Positions 20,950 through 31,574 of a stretch of 64,000 nt of DNA are shown here, piece by piece (the stretch's first letter is position 1; the number at the start of each line of letters is the position of its first letter). The stretch spans positions 4,630-68,629 of the forward strand of contig CACFCB010000004.1 in the NCBI GenBank assembly GCA_902564695.1. The letters are read 5' to 3'. This DNA is from an uncultured Prochlorococcus sp. (GTDB lineage: Bacteria > Cyanobacteriota > Cyanobacteriia > PCC-6307 > Cyanobiaceae). Both the position numbers and the translations under genes were made by a program. The notes under the pieces are model-generated. The model was not told where the DNA came from. It saw only the letters and a list, made by a program, of their open reading frames with translations, and made no database searches.

Positions 20950-21972
20950 TTGACTTCTCAAAACTCGCATTGCAATTCTGAAGCTCTCAAAAAAGGCAAC
21001 TGGGTAAAATTAATATGTGGCGCAAGTAATCAAGATTTATCTTCAATAGCTGATCTTTGCTCAGTTTATGGAGCTGCGGGAGTTCACTGCATTGATCTTG
21101 CTGCAGACGAAGCAGTCATCAACACAGCTCGAAATGCTATGGATTGGGTTTTCGAAACTCATGGGAAAAAACCATGGCTGATGGTTAGCTTGAGTGATGG
21201 AGAAGATGCACATTTCAGAAAAGCTTGGTTCAACCCAGATTTATGTCCATCCAATTGCTCAAGACCATGTCAAAACATTTGTCCAGCTAAAGCAATTGCA
21301 AATAAAGGTGGGATTAACAGCAAAAAATGCTATGGATGTGGCCGATGTATTGATAGATGCCCGCTAGGAATCATTCAAGAAAAAGATCGAAGATTAACTC
21401 TTAAAGATTTTGCTCCATTATTAAAAACAATTAAACCAGATGCAGTAGAAGTTCATACTGCCCCAGGAAGAGCCAAAGAATTTGAAAATACTATCAAGGA
21501 AATTACCAAAGCAAAGTTGCAATTAAAGCGATTATCTGTCAGCTGTGGATTGCAAAGCCATGGTATTAATTATGAACAATTCGCAGAGGAACTCTGGATG
21601 CGTCACAAGTTCCTAAGAATGCACAATCAAAAACCGCTTTGGCAACTTGATGGGAGAAGGATGAGTGGCGACCTGGGAGCGGGTACAGCAAAAATTGCAG
21701 TCAGATTATGGAAAAAAATTCGCCCAATAGCTCCACCCGGACCTTTACAACTGGCTGGTGGAACTAATGAAACAACCATTACTTATATCCCTAATATTTC
21801 TGGACCTGAAGGTATTGCCTTTGGCGGAATGGCAAGAAAAATAATTCAACCTTGGCTCATAGAAGCTGAAAAAAAACAAATTAGCCTTAGAGAATGGCCA
21901 GAAGGTTGGGAAGCAGCTCTTTCAGCAGCTAAAAAACTCATAAATCCATGGCTTATTAGAAAATCTTTATAA
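20950..21972 (+). CDS. ldpA: LdpA iron-sulfur protein (light-dependent period)
   Basis: WVKLICGAS N-terminus, two 4Fe-4S motifs (CPSNCSRPCQNICP, CYGCGRCIDRCP), MSGDLG and QLAGGTN. Confidence 0.9.
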   Translation: MTSQNSHCNSEALKKGNWVKLICGASNQDLSSIADLCSVYGAAGVHCIDLAADEAVINTARNAMDWVFETHGKKPWLMVSLSDGEDAHFRKAWFNPDLCPSNCSRPCQNICPAKAIANKGGINSKKCYGCGRCIDRCPLGIIQEKDRRLTLKDFAPLLKTIKPDAVEVHTAPGRAKEFENTIKEITKAKLQLKRLSVSCGLQSHGINYEQFAEELWMRHKFLRMHNQKPLWQLDGRRMSGDLGAGTAKIAVRLWKKIRPIAPPGPLQLAGGTNETTITYIPNISGPEGIAFGGMARKIIQPWLIEAEKKQISLREWPEGWEAALSAAKKLINPWLIRKSL

Positions 21973-22153
21973 TTGAGTTTTCATTGATCAGATCCAGTAA
22001 ACAAATGACTCAAACGGTCAAATAATGAGAAAACTTTTTGTCCGAACAAAAAAAATTGGCTAATTACATGACAGGATTGAATCAAATATGCAATTATTTG
22101 ATAGTGAAAAACAGATTTATGCATAATCAATCAAAAGCATAAATCTTATTTAA

Positions 22154-22225
22154 TGGGCCGTGGCCAAGTGGTAAGGCATCGGGTTTTGGTCCCGACATTC
22201 GTAGGTTCGAATCCTACCGGCCCAG
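22154..22225 (+). tRNA. trnQ: tRNA-Gln(TTG)
   Basis: TGGGCCG...TCGGG-TTTTGGT-CCCGA...GGTTCGAATCC...CGGCCCAG cloverleaf. Confidence 0.96.
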
Positions 22226-22240
22226 TTTTTAGTTTTTTTA

Positions 22241-23020
22241 GTGACAGAAAAACCACTACTAGTTCTTGATTTTGATGGGGTCATAGTTGATGGAATGACT
22301 GAATATTGGTCAAGTTCTCGTCAAGCCTTCATTGACTTACTACCCAAAAACAAAGAAAACTATTATTTCCCTTCTACTGAAATACCAAAAGCTTTCAAAC
22401 GCCTCAGGCCATGGGTTCATCATGGTTGGGAAATGGTTCTTTTGGCTGCTGAATGCTCAAACAGCAAAAGTAGACTAAATCTAAGAGGAATTGAATTTTT
22501 CTCACAAAATTATCCAAAAGAATGTGATTTAGCACTTAAACAATGGAATTGGACCCCTAATCAACTTCAAGAAGCTTTAAATGATGCACGAAGAAATGCC
22601 ATATCTAATCATCCCAATCAATGGTTCAACACTCATAAACCTTTTTCTGAAGTCGTTCAACGTCTCCAAATACTTGATAATGAAAAAATTGAATTCGCTG
22701 TCTTGACTACAAAAAGTTTGGAATTCACCCAGAAACTTCTTACTAGATTCAATCTCCAGCCTAAATTTGTTTTTGGTCACGAAGCAGGAAGTAAACCAGA
22801 AGTTTTAACTAAAATCTTGCAAACACAAATAATCAAAGGCTTTATTGAAGATCGCAGAACAACATTAGAAACAATCCTCAAGAACCACAATCTGCAATCT
22901 ATACCTTGCTATTTGGCTAGTTGGGGGTACTTAAAACCTCAGGATCTTAAGCATCTACCATCGAGTATCAAATTGCTAGACCTTAAAACTTTAAATACTC
23001 CCATCGCGAACTGGCCTTGA
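22241..23020 (+). CDS. HAD-superfamily hydrolase
   Basis: LDFDGVIVD motif I, LTTK, FIEDR. Confidence 0.85.
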   Translation: MTEKPLLVLDFDGVIVDGMTEYWSSSRQAFIDLLPKNKENYYFPSTEIPKAFKRLRPWVHHGWEMVLLAAECSNSKSRLNLRGIEFFSQNYPKECDLALKQWNWTPNQLQEALNDARRNAISNHPNQWFNTHKPFSEVVQRLQILDNEKIEFAVLTTKSLEFTQKLLTRFNLQPKFVFGHEAGSKPEVLTKILQTQIIKGFIEDRRTTLETILKNHNLQSIPCYLASWGYLKPQDLKHLPSSIKLLDLKTLNTPIANWP

Positions 23021-23044
23021 CTAAATAGCGTACGTCTGTACTAT
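23017..23044 (+). promoter_or_regulatory. recA promoter with LexA box
   Basis: -35 TTGACT (23017-22) and -10 TACTAT (23039-44), overlapped by CGTACGTCTGTACT (23029-42), which matches the cyanobacterial LexA motif. Confidence 0.8.
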
Positions 23045-23133
23045 CGAATGTAATTGATATTCGTTGAGAATCCACGTTTTCGATCATTAATTCCAACGAC
23101 TGTTGTTGTTCTCTTTAAATCACAATCAGTTTC

Positions 23134-24261
23134 ATGTCACCCGAAGCTAGACCACTCCAATCCTCAAAACCTGAATCTCGACACACAGATGTCAAGAATG
23201 GAGAGAAAGAAAAAGCATTAAATCTAGTGCTAGGGCAAATAGAACGCAATTTTGGGAAAGGCTCAATAATGCGCCTAGGAGATGCCTCAAAAATGCGTGT
23301 AGAGACAATATCTACTGGAGCCTTAACTCTTGATTTAGCGCTTGGCGGTGGCTATCCAAAAGGAAGAGTAATAGAAGTATATGGTCCTGAAAGTTCCGGG
23401 AAAACAACACTTACATTGCATGCAATAGCAGAAATTCAACGTAATGGTGGTGTAGCTGCCTTTGTAGATGCCGAACATGCTTTGGATCCAGTTTACGCAG
23501 CTTCACTTGGTGTAGATATCGAGAATCTTCTCGTATCACAACCAGATACAGGAGAAATGGCATTAGAGATAGTAGACCAACTTATTAGATCTGCGGCAGT
23601 CGATCTAGTTGTAGTTGACTCGGTCGCGGCACTTACCCCTCGTTCAGAGATAGAAGGAGAAATGGGTGATCATGCAGTAGGTAGTCAAGCTCGCTTAATG
23701 AGTCAAGCAATGAGAAAAATTACAGGGAATATAGGCAAATCTGGATGTACAGTAATTTTCTTAAATCAATTACGTCTAAAAATTGGTATTACATACGGAA
23801 ACCCAGAAACAACTACTGGTGGTAATGCTCTTAAATTTTATGCCTCAGTCAGATTAGATATTCGTCGTATTCAAACTTTGAAGAGAGGAACTGAAGAATA
23901 TGGAATTCGTGCGAAAGTGAAAGTAGCAAAAAACAAAGTCGCACCTCCATTCCGAATAGCAGAATTTGATATTCTGTTTGGGAAAGGAATTAGTACTCTT
24001 GGTTGTCTCCTTGACTTGGCCGATGAAACTAATGTCGTTACGCGTAAAGGTGCTTGGTATAGCTATGAAGGAGACAACATTGGGCAAGGGAGAGATAATA
24101 CAATTACATGGCTTGAACAAAATCCTGAATCAAAAGAAATAATTGAAAAGTTAGTAAAAGAAAAATTAACCGAAGGATCAGAAGTCAGTGCTAATTCAAT
24201 GCGCCCACTAGCAGCGGCTGCGCGTAATGCCTCATTGCGCCAAGTATCAGCAAACGGCTAA
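23134..24261 (+). CDS. recA: Recombinase A
   Basis: [31 protein letters not shown]. Confidence 0.99.
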   Translation: MSPEARPLQSSKPESRHTDVKNGEKEKALNLVLGQIERNFGKGSIMRLGDASKMRVETISTGALTLDLALGGGYPKGRVIEVYGPESSGKTTLTLHAIAEIQRNGGVAAFVDAEHALDPVYAASLGVDIENLLVSQPDTGEMALEIVDQLIRSAAVDLVVVDSVAALTPRSEIEGEMGDHAVGSQARLMSQAMRKITGNIGKSGCTVIFLNQLRLKIGITYGNPETTTGGNALKFYASVRLDIRRIQTLKRGTEEYGIRAKVKVAKNKVAPPFRIAEFDILFGKGISTLGCLLDLADETNVVTRKGAWYSYEGDNIGQGRDNTITWLEQNPESKEIIEKLVKEKLTEGSEVSANSMRPLAAAARNASLRQVSANG

Positions 24262-24264
24262 ATT

Positions 24265-24504
24265 TTATCTTATATCTGCAGGAGTCCACCATCCCGCAGC
24301 GGGTCCAATAAAGCGAACTATTACCCACAACAAAACTAAAGCAGCAATACCTATCCATCCCACGCGAATACTTAGTTGAATAAATTGATCTCTTTGAGCT
24401 TGAGTAACAGGAAACCAAGAAACAATCCGAGGTGATTCATTACTAGAGTCTTTCTTTCTACGTGGTTCTAAACCTTGTTGAGATCTTCGGCGAGCTTCTC
24501 CCAT
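24265..24504 (-). CDS. Small conserved cyanobacterial membrane protein (DUF2839-like)
   Basis: MGEARRR start, one TM helix, RFIGPAAGWW. Confidence 0.8.
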   Translation of the reverse strand: MGEARRRSQQGLEPRRKKDSSNESPRIVSWFPVTQAQRDQFIQLSIRVGWIGIAALVLLWVIVRFIGPAAGWWTPADIR

Positions 24505-24542
24505 TATAAAAAAACAATATTTTTTAATCTTAGAGATTGATT

Positions 24543-25991
24543 TTAATAAGGCAATAAACGCTCTAAAGCAATCCAAGGTTCAAGAGCTTGAAATATTAAT
24601 TTCCCCCAACTTCTGTAACGCATTCGACCATCAAGTATCGCTACTCGAACATCTTTACCTCTAATTACTGAAACAGATTTGAAAAGTATACTTAGAGTTT
24701 CTGGTAAGAGAAATTCTCTAAACCAATCACGACCTTGCTGCTTAAACATTTCAACTTTAGCGGCAATCCAAGGAGATTCTAAAGTCGGGAATGGAATTAA
24801 TATAAAAATCAATTGATCTGGTATTGGCAAATTTTTCTGGTTACTAATCCACCAATCACAACTACAACAAATAATCCCATTTGTCTCAACATCAATAGCC
24901 TCATGAACGACTCTCAATCCAAAAGCGCCAGCCAATTCACTAGTTAACTGCAGGCGTAATTGCAAGTCATCTACCAAAATAATAGTTATTCGAGTTCGTC
25001 CCAGGATTAATCTGTGACATTGTCTTAAACCATACCGATAAAAAGAAGAGGTATTTGGTAAAGGTTGTCTTTTGGGTACAAATAATGGAATAGCTTCTTG
25101 ATTTAATGTATTTCCTAATCTTACTTTTAAAGTGAAAGATATTTTGATCCTATCTAAATCTAAAAGTAAAGAACTATTTTCAACTGAGTTAGTCAGGATT
25201 AAAAGAGTGTTCTTCAAAAAGAGATCTGAAAGAGTTTGAAAAGGAGTCAAAGGTTGAAAATATAAGCTCCAACTCAATATTTGACTATCAAGTTTCGCCC
25301 ATATCACCCATTCATTGTTAATCACATTAAAAGCACGCTTCCATTTTGGTGATATTTCTAAATCATCTTTTAAAATTTCTTTTAAAATTAAAATTTCTCT
25401 ATTATCAATTCTTACGAAAGAATTATGATTGACTAATTGACTAATAATTCTACAATTTAGGCGTTCATAAACTTCACGAATTGAGGCTTCAAAATTCAAA
25501 TGAGAATGAATTAAGTACTCCCAATCTGTTGGAGTAATTATAATTGACATCGATTCTCTAAGCTCTTTCGATATCAAATCAGATTCAGGGAAAATTAATT
25601 GTCGATTTTTGAGTAAACGTTTTTCATTTGCATAAATCAAATCTTTATAACTAAGAACCCAAATTTTTTCATTTACAGAAGTTTTTAAAATACCTTCTAC
25701 ATAATCAAATAATAATTGAGTATTTTTTAATTTTGGCAATTCATGTTCAATCAATTGTCGATGTTGATTTTTTGACAAAATTAATGCAATTTTTTTATTT
25801 TGCAAGCAAAGTGGGATCAAAAGGCCAGGCCACCAAAAATTCTTACTATCCCTTGATAATTGTATAAACGTATTATCTTTCCCACTTAAGCTTCTAGATA
25901 TTAATCTTGTCAGAGTTAAATTATGAGGCCATTGAACAAGAGTATTTTGATAATATTTTTTTAAATATTTATGAGCCTCCACCTCAAGCAT
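24543..25991 (-). CDS. DinG-like helicase C-terminal-domain protein (degenerate)
   Basis: WPHNLTLTRL N-terminus; C-terminal IPFPTLESP...VAILDGR...SWG resembles Helicase_C_2; no Walker A motif. Confidence 0.75.
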   Translation of the reverse strand: MLEVEAHKYLKKYYQNTLVQWPHNLTLTRLISRSLSGKDNTFIQLSRDSKNFWWPGLLIPLCLQNKKIALILSKNQHRQLIEHELPKLKNTQLLFDYVEGILKTSVNEKIWVLSYKDLIYANEKRLLKNRQLIFPESDLISKELRESMSIIITPTDWEYLIHSHLNFEASIREVYERLNCRIISQLVNHNSFVRIDNREILILKEILKDDLEISPKWKRAFNVINNEWVIWAKLDSQILSWSLYFQPLTPFQTLSDLFLKNTLLILTNSVENSSLLLDLDRIKISFTLKVRLGNTLNQEAIPLFVPKRQPLPNTSSFYRYGLRQCHRLILGRTRITIILVDDLQLRLQLTSELAGAFGLRVVHEAIDVETNGIICCSCDWWISNQKNLPIPDQLIFILIPFPTLESPWIAAKVEMFKQQGRDWFREFLLPETLSILFKSVSVIRGKDVRVAILDGRMRYRSWGKLIFQALEPWIALERLLPY

Positions 25992-26063
25992 TAGAAAAAC
26001 CTATTATCAAAAATGCTTTTAATCATGTTGCCCTATCAATAAATATATAGAACAATACGACCT

Positions 26064-26939
26064 ATGGAGCTTAAATCAAAACCCTCAACAAAAATTGGAA
26101 TTATTGGATTGGGCCTAATTGGAGGGTCCTTAGGCTTAGATCTGCAAAAGCTTGGATATACAGTGTACGGTATAACTCATCGTGAAGAGACTGCAAAAAG
26201 AGCAAGAGAAAGAAAACTAGCCCAAATAATCAGTACAAATACAGAAGTATTAAAAAATTGCTCAATAATTTTTATTGCTTTACCCCTTAAACAACTACTA
26301 AATCCTACTTCAGACCTAATTAATGCCATTCCTAAAAATGCCGTTATTACTGATGTTGGATCTGTAAAAGTTCCTATTTTAGATACATGGAAAAAGTTAC
26401 ATCCACGTTTTATCGCTAGTCACCCAATGACAGGCACAGAAGAATTTGGGGTTAATGCAGGTCAGCACAATTTATTTAAAGATAAACCATGGGTCGTTAC
26501 ACCTGACGAAGAAACTGATCAGAAGGCACTCGAAAAAATTCGTCGAATTTCTCTATCACTTGGGTGTCAATGGGTAAGTACTGAAGCCCATATTCATGAT
26601 GAAGCAGTTAGTTTAATTTCCCATTTACCAGTTTTTATTAGTGCTGCATTACTAAATACCCTTGATACCGATGTAAATCCATCTGTCTATTCACTTGCCA
26701 AACGTATTGCATCCAGTGGTTTTGCTGACACCTCTAGAGTAGGAGGTGGAAATCCTGATTTGGGAGTCTCGATGGCAAAATACAACAAAGAAAATTTAAT
26801 GAAAAGCTTGGGTTCTTATAGACATTCTTTAGATATTTTTGAAAAGTATTTACTTGAAGAGGACTGGAAAAAAATTGAAAATATACTTATGACTACACAA
26901 ACAGGTAGACATAATTTCATCTCACAAACTACTAATTAA
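26064..26939 (+). CDS. tyrA: Prephenate/arogenate dehydrogenase
   Basis: [30 protein letters not shown]. Confidence 0.93.
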   Translation: MELKSKPSTKIGIIGLGLIGGSLGLDLQKLGYTVYGITHREETAKRARERKLAQIISTNTEVLKNCSIIFIALPLKQLLNPTSDLINAIPKNAVITDVGSVKVPILDTWKKLHPRFIASHPMTGTEEFGVNAGQHNLFKDKPWVVTPDEETDQKALEKIRRISLSLGCQWVSTEAHIHDEAVSLISHLPVFISAALLNTLDTDVNPSVYSLAKRIASSGFADTSRVGGGNPDLGVSMAKYNKENLMKSLGSYRHSLDIFEKYLLEEDWKKIENILMTTQTGRHNFISQTTN

Positions 26940-28449
26940 AAACAGGAAGATTTAAATGCCTCCCTTTTGTTTCCATTAATTGTCTAGCCACCATTAGTGC
27001 TGATTGACTTACCCCAGCAGTACCTTCACCAGGATAAATAGAATCGCCACAAAGCCATAAACCTTTTAAAGGTGTTCTACTTGGTAGACCAAAAGGTCCA
27101 AATTGAGATGGATGTTGACCTAGGCCTCCGACTATTCCACCTGGACGTCCAGTCCATCTTTCAAAGCTTCTTGGTGTAGAAAGTTCCTGATGCACCCAAG
27201 TAACATCTGAAAACCTAAACTTATTATTTATTATGTTCAGTATTTTATCTAAATAGAATTTTTTTTGATTGGTATAAGATTGACTATCTAAATTAGACCA
27301 TTTATTAATATCAACAAAAATACTTGCTATTAAAGTAGCCATACCAATGGGAGCTCGTTGATCACCTTCAATGCTTATAGAAATAAATAATGAACCCAAT
27401 TGCTCATCAAATATTTGAATATGAGAAGGACAATCAGCAGGTAAATAAGAACGAATTAACGCACCATAAAAGACAACAGCACCACTAGGTTTGGGTAAAT
27501 TATTTATACATTCACGATATGTTTTACTTAATCCACCATTGGTAGAAACTAAATTTAAAAGCATTTGAGGAGGCAAACTAAAAACTATATCTGGTGCTTG
27601 AAGTCGTAATATTTTTTGTCTTTTATCAACTACCTTGAGATTAAATGTGCTCAATTCTTTATCTTGAAATATATTTAAAACACGATGACCCATCAATAGC
27701 TTTCCACCATCTCTTAAAAAACTTTTTTTCAAAGAATCGCTGAGGATTTGCATTGATCCTTTAAGATGCCATAAACCTCTTGGAGATTGAGCCATCTGAA
27801 GAACAGTTGCACCGTAAAGTGCGGCAGTTCTATTGGCAGGCTCTTGAGAATAAAGTTTTAACTGGAGGTCTAGAAATCTTCGTAGACGTTTATCTCTCTG
27901 ACAACCAGATAATGCAAGCAAATCTGCCATAGTCAACTTACTCAATAGACCTGTCAAAAGATTTGAAGGACGAATTGCGCGAATCAATTGACTTAAATCC
28001 CATAAATTTCCTACTGGAAGAATTGGATCTCTATCTACAAATGCCCAATTACTATTGTGAATTTGAGAACATAATGACCAAAATATTTCACTTCCCGGAA
28101 AATGTTCTTTTCTTTCTTTCTCCCACCTAAATGGATCATGCCATAAATTTATTGGCTTAGTACCATCGCTTAGATCAATCGAACATCCAGGATCTAAAAC
28201 TTTTGCATTTGGTATAGAAATATCTAAATAATTAAATAGACGATGATGAATTCCTCCTATTTCAAGACCTGCAACTTGAGTAGCCCCAACATCAAAAATA
28301 TAAGGTCCCCTTCGGAAAGTACCAGCACAACCTCCTAATTGAGTATGAGCTTCTATTAACGTTACTTCATAGCCTTCTTTTGCCAGGATAGCTGCACCTG
28401 TTAACCCAGCTATCCCTCCACCAACAACAATGATAGATTCTTTAAACAT
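26932..28449 (-). CDS. crtD: Carotenoid C-3',4' desaturase CrtD-like FAD oxidoreductase
   Basis: [45 protein letters not shown]. Confidence 0.85.
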   Translation of the reverse strand: MFKESIIVVGGGIAGLTGAAILAKEGYEVTLIEAHTQLGGCAGTFRRGPYIFDVGATQVAGLEIGGIHHRLFNYLDISIPNAKVLDPGCSIDLSDGTKPINLWHDPFRWEKERKEHFPGSEIFWSLCSQIHNSNWAFVDRDPILPVGNLWDLSQLIRAIRPSNLLTGLLSKLTMADLLALSGCQRDKRLRRFLDLQLKLYSQEPANRTAALYGATVLQMAQSPRGLWHLKGSMQILSDSLKKSFLRDGGKLLMGHRVLNIFQDKELSTFNLKVVDKRQKILRLQAPDIVFSLPPQMLLNLVSTNGGLSKTYRECINNLPKPSGAVVFYGALIRSYLPADCPSHIQIFDEQLGSLFISISIEGDQRAPIGMATLIASIFVDINKWSNLDSQSYTNQKKFYLDKILNIINNKFRFSDVTWVHQELSTPRSFERWTGRPGGIVGGLGQHPSQFGPFGLPSRTPLKGLWLCGDSIYPGEGTAGVSQSALMVARQLMETKGRHLNLPVFN

Positions 28450-28477
28450 CAAAAAGTTTCAGGTGAAAACAAAGTGA

Positions 28478-29377
28478 ATGGAGGACTTAATAAAATACGC
28501 TCTATCAAATTCAAATAAAGTAAGCAAAAATTCTTTTGTTGACAAAATAATTCCAGTAGGAGGAGGTTGTATAAATAAGGCTTGGTGCATTTATTTTAAA
28601 AATGGCAAAAAGGTTTTTGCTAAATCAAATCATATTAACAATATTAATATGTTTAAGTTCGAAAGTGAGTGCTTGTTAGCTCTGAAGAAATTTGCCAATG
28701 AATCCTATATCTACATTCCAGAACCACTTGATCTGATCAGTTATGAGACTATATCTATACTTTTTCTTGATTGGATAGATCTCAAACAAACTAATCAGAA
28801 TATCCTTGGCCAAGGTTTAGCACTAATTCATAAATTATCATCCGAGGAAAACAACAAATACTTTGGATGGGATGAAGAAGGCTTCATAGGTACAAGTATT
28901 CAAAAAAGAGGATGGGATACTAATTGGGGGGAATTCTTTATTAATTACCGTCTAAGACCACAACTAAAAAAAGCAGAAAAATGGGGAGTTAAAATTGAAG
29001 AATATGAGGATATTTTATTATTTTTAAATTCATTTTTAAATACTCATAATCCTAAAATTTCATTAGTCCATGGAGATCTATGGTCTGGTAATTGTGGTAG
29101 TACTAATAATGGTCTAGGAAGTTTATATGACCCTGCGAGTTACTGGGCAGACCGAGAGGTTGATATTGCAATGACTAAATTATTTGGGGGTTTTCATTCT
29201 GATTTTTACAATGGTTATAACAAGATTTGGCCACTTGATGAATTTTCAGACAAAAGAACTGATATTTATAATCTCTACCACGTATTAAATCATGCAAATA
29301 TTTTTGGTGGTTCTTACAAGCAAACCTCATTAAAAATAATAAAAGACCTAAAACATCGTATTAAAACGAGATTTTAG
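28478..29377 (+). CDS. Fructosamine/ketosamine kinase family protein
   Basis: GGGCIN, LVHGDLWSGN, DPASYWADREVDIAMTKLFGGF. Confidence 0.92.
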   Translation: MEDLIKYALSNSNKVSKNSFVDKIIPVGGGCINKAWCIYFKNGKKVFAKSNHINNINMFKFESECLLALKKFANESYIYIPEPLDLISYETISILFLDWIDLKQTNQNILGQGLALIHKLSSEENNKYFGWDEEGFIGTSIQKRGWDTNWGEFFINYRLRPQLKKAEKWGVKIEEYEDILLFLNSFLNTHNPKISLVHGDLWSGNCGSTNNGLGSLYDPASYWADREVDIAMTKLFGGFHSDFYNGYNKIWPLDEFSDKRTDIYNLYHVLNHANIFGGSYKQTSLKIIKDLKHRIKTRF

Positions 29378-29402
29378 ATCTTTTATTATTTTTTCTTTTA
29401 AT

Positions 29403-29765
29403 TTAACCTAGGTATTCCTTTTTAAGGTTTTGAACCTTGTCAAAAACAGCTGTTCTTTTTTCACTTGTTGTTAAGTTCTGCCAACTCCATTGGCCTAAAA
29501 CTACTATGCCAAGAAGCTCTAGTAAACCAGGAAGAATTGGGAAGAAATTAACTGTATCAATAACAACCTTAATTAATACCTGAGCTAGTACAACGACTGC
29601 AATTATACCCGCAGCCTTGCCATACTTACCCATCTGAGTCCAATCAATTTTACTTAAAGATTCGTTAACTTTTCCCATTACATCACTGTAACGTTCCGAA
29701 AAATTAAAACCTTCAGTTTTGCCAGCCTTTGATTCATCTTTAGAATCAGGATTTACATCAGACAT
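29403..29765 (-). CDS. CAAD-domain (CURT1-like) thylakoid membrane protein
   Basis: Two TM helices with P.LPGLLEL.G and a C-terminal amphipathic helix. Confidence 0.8.
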   Translation of the reverse strand: MSDVNPDSKDESKAGKTEGFNFSERYSDVMGKVNESLSKIDWTQMGKYGKAAGIIAVVVLAQVLIKVVIDTVNFFPILPGLLELLGIVVLGQWSWQNLTTSEKRTAVFDKVQNLKKEYLG

Positions 29766-29889
29766 GAACACAAGCTACTAAGCAATTTATGGACTGAGCG
29801 TATCGAATTAATTTAATTAATGCCATAGGCTCAATGTGGATAATTCCGAACCAAAATAGAGAGGATGCCGAATCAAATCAATTTTTCTA

Positions 29890-30396
29890 ATGAAAATTCC
29901 AAAATATATTGAATTCCATAACAATACAAATAGTATTCTCTCTAGGTTTTTCAAGGCAGCGGAACCTGAAGAAGGGTGCGCAATTTTAATTGGTCAAAGA
30001 AAGAACCTATCGAAAGATGCTTTAAAGAATTTTTGGGAAATAAAACGAGTTTGGAAATGTTGTAATATTTGGGGCAAAAAAGAATCGAGGTTAGTTGAGC
30101 AAAATCAAACCAAATTTAATCGTAGAAAAGAAATAAAGTTCACAAGAAAAAATCGTTTTGAGATAGATACTAAAGATCAGATTGCAGCACAAAAATGGGC
30201 AAGAAAAAATAATCTCGAAATTTTGTGTTGCGCTCATTCGCATCCCTCTGGACCAAATACACCTTCAGAAACGGATTTGAATTTGCACAACTCACCTGGC
30301 CTTATGGTTATTTCAAACAAAAATGGAAATTTAAAAGCATGGTGGATCAAAAATAAATATGATTTCCATAAGGTAGAAATTGGGGTTTTTCTTTAA
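29890..30396 (+). CDS. JAB/MPN+ (Mov34, M67) metalloprotease
   Basis: PEEGCAILIG and HSHP...PSETD JAMM motif. Confidence 0.9.
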   Translation: MKIPKYIEFHNNTNSILSRFFKAAEPEEGCAILIGQRKNLSKDALKNFWEIKRVWKCCNIWGKKESRLVEQNQTKFNRRKEIKFTRKNRFEIDTKDQIAAQKWARKNNLEILCCAHSHPSGPNTPSETDLNLHNSPGLMVISNKNGNLKAWWIKNKYDFHKVEIGVFL

Positions 30397-30424
30397 TGTA
30401 AACAAATACCATACGATTTGATTT

Positions 30425-31567
30425 ATGGAGGAAAACAAAAATAAAGCAAATTTAAGTTCTGAAGAATTATCTAGGTATTCAAGGCACATAAGCCTTCCTG
30501 AAATAGGTATTCAAGGTCAAGAAAAACTAAAAAGAAGTTCAGTTGCTTGCATTGGTACTGGAGGACTAGGTTCCCCTCTTTTGATATACCTTGCTGCAGC
30601 TGGAATTGGACGCATAGGGATCGTTGACTTTGATGTTGTTGAAGACTCCAATTTACAAAGACAAATTATTCATACAACTAGTTCTATAGGTGTACTAAAA
30701 ACACATTCAGCAAAAAAGCACTTACATAGAATCAATCCGTATTGTCAGGTTGAATTATTTAATCAAAAGCTAACAAATAATAATGCGCTAGAAATACTTA
30801 AAACTTTTGATGTGATTTGTGATTGTTCCGATAATTTCCCAACACGTTATTTAATAAATGATGCTTGTTTTATACTTAGTAAGCCTAATGTATATGGCTC
30901 TATATCAAGATTTGAAGGCCAAGCCAGTGTTTTCAACCTTACAGATAATAGTCCTAACTATAGAGATTTGATTCCCACACCACCACCATTAGATTTAATT
31001 CCATCTTGCTCTGAGGCAGGTGTGATGGGTATTCTACCAGGAATTATTGGTACTATTCAAGCAACCGAAACTATAAAAGTCTTAACAAATATTGGCAATC
31101 CACTTGATGGCAGGCTCCTCATATTTAATGCGTTAAATATGAGCTTTAAGGAGTTAACATTAAAATCCAATAAAATGAATAAAAAGATCAACAAGCTTAT
31201 AGATTATGAAAGTTTCTGTTCTGAGATAAAGGTAAAAAATGAAGTCAATTTTGCTATAAAAAACATATCTATTAAGCAATTAAAATTACTTTTAAAGAAG
31301 ACCTCAGAAAAAATTTTATTAGTAGATGTTCGAACCTTAGAAGAATACAAGGAATGTTCAATTCCAGATTCAAAATTAATACCTATCAGCACTATTGAAA
31401 ATGGAGAAGCAATGAGTGAAATCAGAGATTATGCAGCGAAAAAAGATTTATATATATTTTGCAAAAGTGGCAAAAGATCATTGCGCGCGGTAAAGCATTT
31501 AAAAAGATCTGGAATAAATTGTATTAATATTGAAGGAGGAATTGAAGCTTGGAAAAAAGATCAATAA
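30425..31567 (+). CDS. moeB: MoeB/ThiF E1-like adenylyltransferase fused to rhodanese (MoeZ type)
   Basis: RYSRH, GTGGLGSP, SNLQRQ, DNFPTRY, PSCSEAGV; C-terminal DVR...CKSGKRS rhodanese. Confidence 0.93.
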   Translation: MEENKNKANLSSEELSRYSRHISLPEIGIQGQEKLKRSSVACIGTGGLGSPLLIYLAAAGIGRIGIVDFDVVEDSNLQRQIIHTTSSIGVLKTHSAKKHLHRINPYCQVELFNQKLTNNNALEILKTFDVICDCSDNFPTRYLINDACFILSKPNVYGSISRFEGQASVFNLTDNSPNYRDLIPTPPPLDLIPSCSEAGVMGILPGIIGTIQATETIKVLTNIGNPLDGRLLIFNALNMSFKELTLKSNKMNKKINKLIDYESFCSEIKVKNEVNFAIKNISIKQLKLLLKKTSEKILLVDVRTLEEYKECSIPDSKLIPISTIENGEAMSEIRDYAAKKDLYIFCKSGKRSLRAVKHLKRSGINCINIEGGIEAWKKDQ

Positions 31568-31574
31568 ATCAGAG

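Noticed and set aside
21973-22153. Possible gene remnant between ldpA and tRNA-Gln
   Set aside because: No recognisable reading frame or motif.
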